Origin: Botryllus schlosseri
Lineage: Eukaryota
Length of the DNA stretch: 64,000 nucleotides
NCBI GenBank assembly: GCA_051294905.1
Contig: CM119378.1
Location: forward strand, 3,474,001-3,538,000
Reading direction: 5' to 3'
The notes under the pieces were generated by a model that searched no databases, was not told where the DNA came from, and saw nothing but the letters and a program-made list of their open reading frames with translations. Positions 13,774 to 24,400 of this stretch are shown here, in pieces; positions within the stretch are counted from its first letter, which is position 1; the number at the start of each line of letters is the position of its first letter. The translations under genes and the position numbers were made by a program.

Positions 13774-16700
13774 TCATATGTCATTTTCTGATGAAATAGG
13801 TTTCGCAACAAGTGAATCTTTGCCATCGAGCGACTTCTTATCTTTCCCTTTCCTTTTCCAAATTGACCTGCAAATGTAAAATTCATCTCACATAACCATG
13901 AGTGCAGGCTTACACAAGGATAACCAATGCTTTTAGTGGGGTGAATCACTCACTTCGGCCTTTTTAAAGAAAGTGCTTCTTCTGTTGTGTCCGGTAAGGC
14001 AAGTCCCCCAGTTTCGGGCAATCTTAAAGTCAGAATGGCTGCAGATATAGCGAGGGATCCCATGATGTAAAATGGATATCTCCTCCCCTCTCCTTTACCT
14101 GAAAGGGCATTGTGTATGTAATGTCCAAGGACTGTTTCATGATAGTCTCCGTTCACATCGCTTTGCTACACGTAAGTAGTTATATAGATCGGTCGTGACC
14201 TGCAATGGGGTTCTTATGGGTGTGGCGGTGACGCGCCTGGAAAACTCGTGGTGGTGATGCGCCTTTTTAGACCCCCCTCTCGGCGGTGATGCGCCATGTG
14301 TTCTTATGGATGCGGTCGTGATTCGCACTTTTGGGTATAGGGTGTGGTCGTGATTCGCCGTGAAAACTCGTGGTCGTGACTCGCCTTTTTTGCTATAGGC
14401 GGTGGCGGTGATTCGCCTGTCGTGTATTCTTACGGGTTCTGTGGTGATTTACCATGTGTTCTTACGGGCGTGGCGGTGATTCGCACTTTCAGGTATCTCT
14501 CGCGTGGTGTTGAATATGTACGAGTCACCAACAATAACCGCGCAGACGGAAACGTGGCTTGTTGTGAGGATTAAGCAGTGCGACCTATATTTCGAATGAC
14601 CTGCGCGCTGAATTGTTTCCGTGCAGTCGCTACTATCGATTATTACACTAGACCGGTCAGTGTGAAATAGTTTGATCGTAAATTATGATATATGATGTCG
14701 TAGTTTAGTCGTGTCAAATGACCGCTTTCCTCGCTATTGATTGCCACCTGAATAATACTTTCGGCTTATTCGCTGTTTCGCACCTATAGAATAGTCTGCT
14801 GTTCACAGTCACAACTTCATCGCGATGGCGCAATTTTCACACCTCGATCAGTAGAACAACACCGCACTAACCCGGTTGTCGAATCACATAGGTCATACAT
14901 TTTACGCGAAATATTGTATTGTGGTATACAAATATGCAAACTATTCTTTCAATTCAACAAGTCTAGTTAACGAATCGATTTTCAAGCTGCCGACACAGTT
15001 TTTAACACGAGTGAGTTGATATTTCTTTCCGGGTACGAGCGAGGCTTTGTTCCATTGATCCAAAACCACCTCGCCAGTATCATCCTTCAATGTAAAACTG
15101 TATAATTTCAACTCCTTTCCGGCACCAGAATTGACCGTCTTCTCCTCTCGAGAAACACAAGTAGCGGCGATCGAGACGTATTCATCTTTATTTCCGTATA
15201 CCGATTCACAGGTCAATAATGGGTATTCTTCAGTCGTATGTCTCGATTTTCCATGTAGAGTTACTGACGAAGCCCGTCCCAGTAATACAGCAGGTTTTCC
15301 AGTAAACTTGTCAATTTGAACCCAACCGGATTTGACCATGAGTTTTTTTCGTTTGGTGAATGCTTTCTCAATGTTCCCGAACAAATCACGATTGAAACAC
15401 GTGAAAGATATCTCTTCGTTATTGCCGTCGATGAATATACCTTTGAGATATTGGCTAACGCCACCTCTTTTGGGTGATGAGACGAATTTGACGCCGACGT
15501 GAAAATTTGAAGTTGCTCCGACTCGCATAGTGTTAATGACGCTGTTCGATGCCATATCGTTTGGTAAAGTGAGAGTCATCAGTGTAACTCACTACACAAA
15601 TCAAGTTGAATCGTATTTGAATGTATTGATTCGACCCAACTCAAATCCTATTAACGCGATCTGTTGAATCGAACGTAACCTGAATATTACTGACGCCAAC
15701 ATTCACCCTCATCGGATCATTCACACATTCCACGCCGCTGTTTTAACACTTATAGAATCAATACCAACTATCTCTGACCCGATAATATTCAATCATTTTG
15801 GTAATTCACCAACTTTAAATCCATTCGCGGGATGTACTAAAGGTAAATCCAAATAATCCAGAATGAAATATTTGGACTTTGACATTGTGTGAATTGAAAT
15901 AGGATTGACAAACATGACTACCAACTTTGATCCAGCCACATTTCAAGATTATACTTTGAAACAAGTAATGTAACATTACAACTCTATTCACAATCCTGCT
16001 TTCCGTTTATCAAATAGATATTTTAACATCTTACCATACTCAAAAGAATTATTCACAACATTAACAATTGTTAAAAATCTAGTTTCACTTACTTGATTAT
16101 ATCATTACAACTCACAAATTTGAATTAATTCATCCTGGTTGTATTCGTATGCTCTATCTTTTTATTCAATTGTAAAGGTTGGTACTATTCTGAAGACAAA
16201 GTATTTACTAATCGGCGCACATACCATTTGACTTGGACATATTATATTTTGAGTATACGAGATTTGAATGTCTGAACAATAACTGAGAATTAATTTATCA
16301 CAATTAAATCCGTATATTACAGCGTAAAAGATATTGGGATGTCAGCAACTCTGTACGGTCGTAGTTACAACCACATTAACTAATCTACCCAGGCAACTCG
16401 TCATGATCATTCCTGAAATCAACACAAACACGACCACTGACTTGAGTTAACCGCGAAACACCATCAAGTTTTAAATCCGCTTGCAGCTGACGGATTATTC
16501 GAATGCATCGATGGGGAATATTATTGAACTCGTCGGTATTGTTACTTCAACAAATTACACCGACTGCGAAAGTTAATATCGAATGGTAAGACTTGATCAC
16601 ATATTTGTTGATCACAGACATGACGAAAAAACATTACCGAGATTTTATAAACTAGTCATATTACTCTACACATCTATCAATATCAAAATGCGAGTCATCC

Positions 16701-17557
16701 AATTTTTCTACTAAAGTAACATTGCACTTTCGGATTCGGATTCGGTATAGTCATACAAATTGTATTAAATCCAACATCAAAACAAAAGGAATTTTTTTTA
16801 GTTTATTGAAATCAAATCATTCGTCTTCGACTTGTGCTTTTCTAGATTACCCGCGACAATTCGTTTCGAGTGAGTTGTAACCAAAGTCAAGATATCTTTG
16901 TGTCCACAGATATGGAAGATGAATATAGCTAACACAATCACGAATCGACGTTTCAGAGTATTTCACGGGTGTAATAAACTTGTTAGTGTCACCTATCTAA
17001 AAGTAGGCACGCGTTCGATTTCCATACCGACTGTTGCGATGTTTAGGATTCACTTGCAATAACCACGGGTAAGGATTTAACATCAATGTCGTTACTGTCG
17101 GAATTTGCGACAGAGAATTGAAACATATGCACTTTACAGAGTGTGAAAATATCACTTTGAGTATCGAGTACCGTTCGAAGCTAGTGATCAATTCTTAATC
17201 ATTTCAGTAACTCCCCATTGTGCGTGCTAAATGTAAAATATCGCGAGGTTATACACTCTAAGACTTTGATTATTGTAAAAGTAAATTGTGATATGTTTGT
17301 TAGATGCATCCAATTCAACTAGAAGTGTCTAGTATCCAACACTCGTAATATCAAAAAAGTACTTGCTACACTGTTATTTGCTAAACGTGTTTTGTATTGT
17401 TGCTCATTTCTAGTATTGATTGAAATTGTTTTTGAACCCTCAAATAATAATTCCCGACATGAAACTAAGCCGCCGAAAGTCGTTACCATCACAAAGAAAC
17501 AATTTGCACGATGTTTACTAAATGTATCCTATAGTTAGGTGTACTGGAATTATTTGT

Positions 17558-17594
<37 letters not shown>

Positions 17595-20500
17595 TCAGAG
17601 AAATTGGAAGTTTTTCCGTTGNNNNNNNNNNNNNNNNNNNNNNNNNNNNNNNNNNNNNNNNNNNNNNNNNNNNNNNNNNNNNNNNNNNNNNNNNNNNNNN
17701 NNNNNNNNNNNNNNNNNNNNNTGAACCTTTTTCATATTACAATTTTCACTTCATTACAACATCTTTGGTTCATATTTATTGCATTTCAACTGCGGGCCAC
17801 TCTATGCATGGCGCTGGCAGCGTTAAAAATCAACACTAAACGAGCACACACCTTGACAATCTCAAATGTTTTACTTGCTTTGTTACAAACGTTTGCTTGA
17901 AATATCCAGGTTTCCGTTTGTGAATATTTAGTGACTCTGAGTTTGACCCGCAATCAAAAACATCACGAGCAAACTACGTAGCTAACGAATGATGCTTATT
18001 CAACCAATCAATGAAATTGATATCGTTTTCTGATGAAAAAAATCCAGCAGGCGGACGGGGTCAATCTTGACTTCGTATCTTTACTGCATCATTAAAACCA
18101 AGTACGTGCGATTGAGGTGTTGGCCACTGCTGTATGGTATATAACTTGTTAATGGGGTAATATTTGTAGCAAGTATAGAAACCTGTTTTACACTCAGCTC
18201 AATATCAATGTAGCGATACTCAGACGCCGAATACATTGTCCGGTCTGGTCTCGACCGTTAAGGCGGAAGTTTATGTTCCCTGGTAAGTCCTCGTCGAAAT
18301 TGTTGTCAAAGCGACGGAAAAGATTGATTTTATGGGAGTATTATATCCTTTAATTGCCTCAGTTGACTCATTTAGGGCGAAGATAATAAAGTTGGATTAG
18401 CAATAAAGTCGATTAGCACGTTCGTCAGGATTTATCAACCCAGGATTAAGGAAACCGGTTGATCGCGGCGCATAAAGTTAGTGTTAATCTCATGATTTAA
18501 CAAACTGGAACAACTATAGATTTCTAGTTATCTATAGAAACTGCGTATCATTCCTACGTCTAATTATTCCCGATAATGACCGTGCCGATTGTCTCCTAGG
18601 TTATGGCTTCACTAAACAATCAACGAATTATGTATTCCTACCCGCCATTGCAAAGCGATATCCGTTTCTTAGCTGTACCGTACGAAATGGACACGACTTT
18701 CATTTCGCGATGATCATAATTCCACCTATTACAGTGGCAGCATCGTCGCCAGCGGGCTGCTGTTTCATTGTGGAGATTGTGGGATCTCTAGTTTCATTCA
18801 CTAACTAGCAGCCTATATATATATAACGCATTTTCGCATTATGATGCAACAGATAACGCCACTTGATTGAAAAGTCGGGCACCGCGACTAACGATCGCGC
18901 GTAACCCTCTTCTACTTCATGCGTCGCTATTAGCCGTATTTAATCACACGATTAGCATTCTCCCGGATCAGCTAACTTCATTATCTCCGCCCTCAGCGTC
19001 GTTTAAAACACCAATAGGTACTTCGGCATCGTGGCATTATGATGTGGCCCGAGTCGTCGCTAGGTATCGTGTACAATGTACATTAATATAGGCTATCACT
19101 TCATTGAAAGATAGGGTTGGAATTAGCAATATGACGTCACGTAACGTCATGAGGTTCACGTTCGCGTTCACACAGAACCTTTCAAAAAGGTTCGCGTTCA
19201 CACGAACCTGAACCTTTCAGAGGTTCACACCATCCCTAATGTACAGTACATTGTACAATTGCACAATGCACATGCACATATTACCCTGTAGAATAAGTGT
19301 AATATATTTACCTCCCTAACAGCAGTATATTTGTCACCCCCATATTTCCATCCATGATCACAATCTGCCAGAGTCATACACGAGTCACGGAGAGAGCAAT
19401 TTCTGTCAGCTTGCGCAGAATACCTGATTATGGACAACCCAACAAATTAATTCAACATGGCCGAAGAAGGAAAACTTTACAGCGGAACTAGCCTTTTACA
19501 ACTGGACAGGACCTTGCTGGAATTCGTAAGAAACGGGATGAACGATGATATTGTGACGTTACGTTCGTCCGTAGACGAAAGGTTTACATTCTGCAACATT
19601 AGCAGTCTTTTGTTTCCGTACATATCGGCGTAGCCATGCGTAAAATATTGCGAAACACCGATCGGCATCGACAGAACTTGGCAAGAAAATATTTGCGAGC
19701 AGGATATAAAGCATATCGCTAATAATACGGCCTAAAACTTCGTGCTTTTCCATATTCATATCAAGAGTACCGGCGATTGCGGCTGAAAGATGCTTACCAC
19801 CCAATTTATGGCTTCGCCTTATTACATAGACATATCTTAGCGCTATGTTCAAGTTCAAGTTTATTCATAAAATTTCATCATTTCAAAACATCACAAGACT
19901 GTGATACAATGATGGATTGGAAGATGCCGAAACGACTTGGAGTAGTCTTTGAGATCATACGCCCACCTGGGCCTAGGCGATGTAAAGAAGAGGAATGCAC
20001 AGTTGCACACTAGGGGTATTCAAAAATGACTTTTTTCTCAAATTGTACTTGCTACAGGAGTACAAAGTTTCTATTTATTATATAAAAATAAATGAACAAA
20101 AATTTCAAAATTTTCTGTCACCCCATGAAAGTGTTAGGGTGTCTACAGAAACGATGTTCACCAAATTTGGCTCGATTCCAACCAGTGGAAGCGGAGTTAT
20201 TGCTGTCGAAAAATTTAGATTTAAATAAAATAGTATTTACGGTGGGCACAACGATAATAGATAATAATTAAATAATCGATCACCGTAAATACTATTTTAT
20301 TCGAATCCAAAATTTTTCGACGGCAATAACTCCGCTTCCAGTGGTTGGAATTGTGCGAAATTTGGTGAGCATCGTTTCTATTGACAACCTAACACTTTCA
20401 TATAGGGTCAACAGAAAATTTTGAGCTTTTTGTTTATTTATTTTTATATGATAAATAGAAACTTTGTACTCCTGTAGCAACGCGGCTACTGGCTGGAATT

Positions 20501-21460
20501 GAACCAAATTTGGTGTGTAGGCTTAAATTAGGTTACCTAACAATTTTAGCAGGTAGCCAGTACAATTTGAGAAAAAAAAATCATTTTTGAATACCCCTAA
20601 TGCACACTGAATGAAAGTAAAAGAAGATAATATAAAATGACAAGCGACAAAATCAGGTGGCAAGTGACGGAAGGCGAGATCGATATGTCAGGTCGTGGTC
20701 CGGTAAAGTCGAGGGCTGACTAGTATTCATTCAGTAGAAATTGCTCGTAATTCGATTAGAATGTGGACATGCTCGACGACTGTCGGATAGCCGACGAGAT
20801 ACTGTTCCACAAATCAGGTCCGGCATATTTGATAGAGCGATGATCTTTTTTGTCCACCATATGATAGTTGGACACTGACGGTAAACGGTGTACCAAGCGA
20901 TAACTCATTTGAGTGACAAATAATTCACGTCACATTGGGTTAACCGTTAGAACCATTAGATTAAGACAGCGTTAGTGGTAAAGCTCTATGATTCGAATGG
21001 AACGTGCCAATGCGTCAGACTTTATTCCTGCTATTCAAACTATCAAAATGGCACTTTTCAATGCATCAGTAAAAAACACTATTCTCTCTCAAGAACGATT
21101 TAAATGAAACTTTTCAACGTGTCGCTCCAATCAGCAGTATTTATGTCACTACAATGAGATTTCACTGATTAGATCTATCACTCAGCTGACATACAGTCGT
21201 ACACTCGACCAAACAATGTCATATACGTGCATGCGGTGGCAACTCAAAATCAGTTCTATGGTGTACTCTGTACTTACGTTGATGTCAAATTCTGGAACAA
21301 AGCATCGGTGGGGAGGCGTAGAAAACACGAAAACCGGCGAAAAGTTGACAGCACCCTGGGGAACACCTGTCAGAACTAGACTGCCGAGTATTAGAAAGTA
21401 ATATTTGGTTGGCCTGCCGTTCTTGACGATGTCTTTTGCTGTATTTTCGTCCGTACCCAT
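13774..21460 (-). CDS. SLC22-family organic cation/anion transporter, partial (first 3 and last 2 coding exons; middle missing at the gap)
   Basis: Exon 21278-21460 (MGTDE..FSPVFVFSTPPHRCFVPE), exon ~19493 (or 19481)-19590, exon 19312-19423 (CDHGWKY..TAVRE|), exon 13954-14098 (LRLPETGGLALPDTTEEA, SLC22 C-terminal motif), exon 13774-13867 with stop. The expected WDLVC exon and TM2-TM11 exons were not found in the assembled sequence. Confidence 0.85.
14941..15579 (-). CDS. Intronless RPA70-like tandem OB-fold ssDNA-binding protein (212 aa; alternative start at 15555) carried by the element
   Basis: Longest ORF in the window. IDGNNEEISFTCFN resembles RPA70 DBD-A (VDESGEIRATAFN). KDEYVSIAATCVSREE and LKDDTGEVVLDQW resemble DBD-B (KDSLVDIIGICKSYED, LMDTSGKVVTATLW). 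Alignment is by eye. Confidence 0.78.
   Translation of the reverse strand: MTLTLPNDMASNSVINTMRVGATSNFHVGVKFVSSPKRGGVSQYLKGIFIDGNNEEISFTCFNRDLFGNIEKAFTKRKKLMVKSGWVQIDKFTGKPAVLLGRASSVTLHGKSRHTTEEYPLLTCESVYGNKDEYVSIAATCVSREEKTVNSGAGKELKLYSFTLKDDTGEVVLDQWNKASLVPGKKYQLTRVKNCVGSLKIDSLTRLVELKE
17561..17592 (+). repeat. (AC)n microsatellite
   Basis: 16 AC units directly visible, ~30 bp before the gap. Confidence 0.97.
17622..17721. other. Assembly gap (100 N, placeholder of unknown true size)
   Basis: Run of exactly 100 N. Confidence 0.99.
17722..19238 (-). mobile_element. hAT-type MITE (TIR TAGGGATGGTGTGAAC), longer variant, truncated at the gap
   Basis: Reverse complement is collinear with 48768-49757 and carries an extra ~600-bp internal segment (~18380-18990). 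Confidence 0.88.
19848..20920 (-). mobile_element. 5'-truncated LINE (RT C-terminus + 3' UTR) interrupted by a MITE
   Basis: Minus strand near 20840-20720 reads RSIKYAGPDLWNSISSAIRQSSSMSTF*SNYEQFLLNEY. The 3' tail aataaacttgaacttgaa lies at ~19848-19866. Homologous to 9746-10105. Confidence 0.75.
20011..20599. mobile_element. hAT-type foldback MITE (TIR TAGGGGTATTCAAAAATGA)
   Basis: Long TIRs and a largely palindromic body. The 8-bp TSD is TTGCACAC/ATGCACAC (7/8 match), and an empty-site paralog lies at ~9892 (gcatgcacactgaatgaaag). Confidence 0.9.
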
Positions 21461-24400
21461 TTCTTATCAAATACCTATCAAATCTTGAATTTATCTCCAC
21501 CGTTTTCGACCCGTCGACAATTCAACAGTTCGCACGCTTTACCGCAGCTTGTATCATCTTATTGCCGGCTTCTTCTTTATGTATAAGATAGTGCCGTGAG
21601 CGATTTCCGTCACCAGAATGAAGCGTTAAGCGAGGAATGACTGTGGCATTATTCATACGAACTAAGCCTAAAAGATTAGCGCCAGCCTATAGGTAGAGGG
21701 TCCATAACCGATATGTAATGGTACTGTTTCTGCAGCACAGTTACAGATAAAGAATATTTTGAATAATACATTATTATAAGCAAAACGCTTGCACCTGCCT
21801 GCTATACAGCGGATCGTTCCAGCTGATACACTACTGCAATACGGGACAGGAAACGCAAAATGATATTTCCGTGCACGGATCAATGCAGAGAGTACGCAAC
21901 TGGCTTGTTGCGCTAATGATACGATACGATACACCTGTTGCAGAGGAGTTCAATATTTTATAGCAATAGCACTATATCGCAGAATAAAAATCGCGTCAAT
22001 TGAAGAAATGGCCGTTATGCTCTAGCTGAGCCTAGCACCCGTTCTTGAAAGAAGGGTTCAAGGGTTCATACCTCAGAAGCATGGGTAATGGGTATGGTAA
22101 GAATGAGATTTCGAAACGGCAGAACTGGATTGCTCGTCGTTATGTTGAGCTGAAAGGCAATATCCTATGCCCTTGCCAATGTCCCTTGTCGAATTTCAGA
22201 CTTGGGGATTTAACGTTACATGCGTTGGTTACACGAAGTATCCTCGACCTCACGATACTCTTGAATTAGTTTGCCTTTAATATATGCAACTGCCAATCTT
22301 ACCAAATATTCTTCCTGGCAACGCTTTGCTGACGTTTTCAGTAAATCTGGCTAATATAGGCCTGACACTATGTGAAGAGATGAGGTGACGTTTTTGTGTG
22401 GCCATATGAAGCGTCTCTTTTCGGTCACATAGCAAAAAATGCGGCTTTCATTCGGCCCTGACCGATTGGCCGCCCATGTTATATAATTCCTAGATATATC
22501 CCCTCGACCAGACTTGACAGTATATCAGTTCTTCCTCGATATACAAGGTAGCATATGAGAAATACAGTGAATGGAATTATTAGCTTTTCACGGTCACAAT
22601 ACAACAATAGCGTGGTAGTGAACTAGCTGACGATACGTGGCTCGTTCCGACGCGCTGGCGATTATAGACAATAAACCTCGCGTGGCTAGAAACGGATAAC
22701 TGTTTCTATGGACGTTGATCCATCATCCATATATCAGAAGCAGATATGCCTTGAACACGTTGATACCTTCAATCAACTGCCGCAAAATTAACCTCGTAAT
22801 CATGCAGACATCATTATATATCCTTGCAGCAAGTCATGGGCGATATGAATACATGGTGGTTCCTATGGTTCCAATCTTATTGGATCCCGTGGTGGACCCG
22901 TTAGGGTCAAGTCGATATTCAAATCTACCCGACCTACGAATTTAGTGGGCTACCACCGTATCGTTTGCTAGTCTTTGCATAAATATTTTTACGGAAACAC
23001 TGAAGGAAACTATTCTCTCACATAATCATCCACAGCCTCTAATATCCCTCATTCACACTAAAATAATTATATAGGTGAACTTCACTGCAAAAACTATTTT
23101 GGAGTATGAGGATATTCAAAATAAAAATCATTACACCTTTCTTATAGTATGCATGAAAGTTTGCGGCTTAAAGAGAGGAGTATTTTTATTTTCCTCCAAC
23201 CGAACTACATACATACATTGCTGACTTCCAAAACAGCTGAACAGGCTCTAATCGTGGTAAGTGCGTAATATTTGGGATATGAAAAATTCATCGCCTCTTC
23301 GTTCATGGCCAATTGGTATATTGTACAAGGCAAAACTTATGAATTCTGGACGTGAAGTCGTAAAGGTTTTAGCTGTATATTGCATAGAAACATAATAATT
23401 CACAAATAATTTGAACATGCCTCTAGCTGTTGGCGATATCACCATACGAAGATTCGCTCTCTAAACAAAATCAAATTTACAGCTTTAGAAAAATATATAT
23501 CTTCATGCCGTCTGACTACAACAAAACCGATCATCCGTTTACGCTTTTGTCGGGTAATGTATAGAACCATATCAAATATACTTATGATATAGTGGCCTAG
23601 CTAATATTGCTATTGCAAGCTTCCAAATACATGCCTCTAGTTGTTAACGGTTGCAGTGCAGGCATTTATGTCACAATTTTATATGGCATAACATAGGGTT
23701 GCCATACGTCCGGAATTTCCCGGACATGTCCGGAATTTCACTGTTAAAACTGCGTCCGGGAGGAATTTCTAAAATATGCCTAAGTAGTATAGTAGATCGG
23801 TCGCACGCGGCTATGGGGTTCTTATGGGCCCGCTCGCATGTCGCCGCGAAACTCGTGTTGGCATATCGCGCTTTTAGACCCCCCCTTCCGCTCGCACATC
23901 GCCAATGGTTCTTATGGGTGCGCTCGCATGTCGCACTTTCGGGTATAGGCATCTCTCGCACATCGCATGGAAAACTCGTGGTGGCACATCGCCCTTTCGG
24001 GTAAAGGCATCTCTCGCACGTCGTACTTTCGCATGTCGTGCTTTCGCGTATAGGCTGTGTTGGTGACTCGCCATGTGTTCTTATGGGTGCGGTCGTGATT
24101 CGTACTTTCAGACATCTCTCGCGTGGTGTTGAATAGTCACCGACAATAACCGCACAAACGGAAACGTGGCTTGCAAGAGGATTAAGCAGTGCGACCTATA
24201 TTCCGAATGACCTGCGCGCTGAATTGTTTCACGGCCAACCGCGTGCTACTATCGAATATTACACTAGACCAGTCAGTGCGAAATAGTTTGCTAAATCTAG
24301 GAATCAGTCGCATGGTGTTACTTTAGTAATTAGTTTACCACAGAGCCGGCGTAGCCGGTGATTCGAATACCGACAATAACCGCGTTCACAAACCAACACT

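Larger units (their letters stand above)
14175..17621. mobile_element. Polinton/Maverick-like element, one end only (truncated by the assembly gap); sister of 23783-37954
   Basis: Begins AGTAGTTATATAGATCGGTCG (cf. AGTAGTATAGTAGATCGGTCG at 23783) and has the same GTTCTTATGGG subterminal repeats. Collinear blocks: 14450-14670 with 24070-24290, 15590-15780 with 24695-24890, 15820-16020 with 25080-25285, 17260-17545 with 26610-26890. Confidence 0.8.

Noticed and set aside
14175..17621. Helitron interpretation of the RPA-bearing element
   Set aside because: No Rep/helicase ORF or TC...CTRR/hairpin ends were seen, and the terminus matches the TIR element with a 6-bp TSD.
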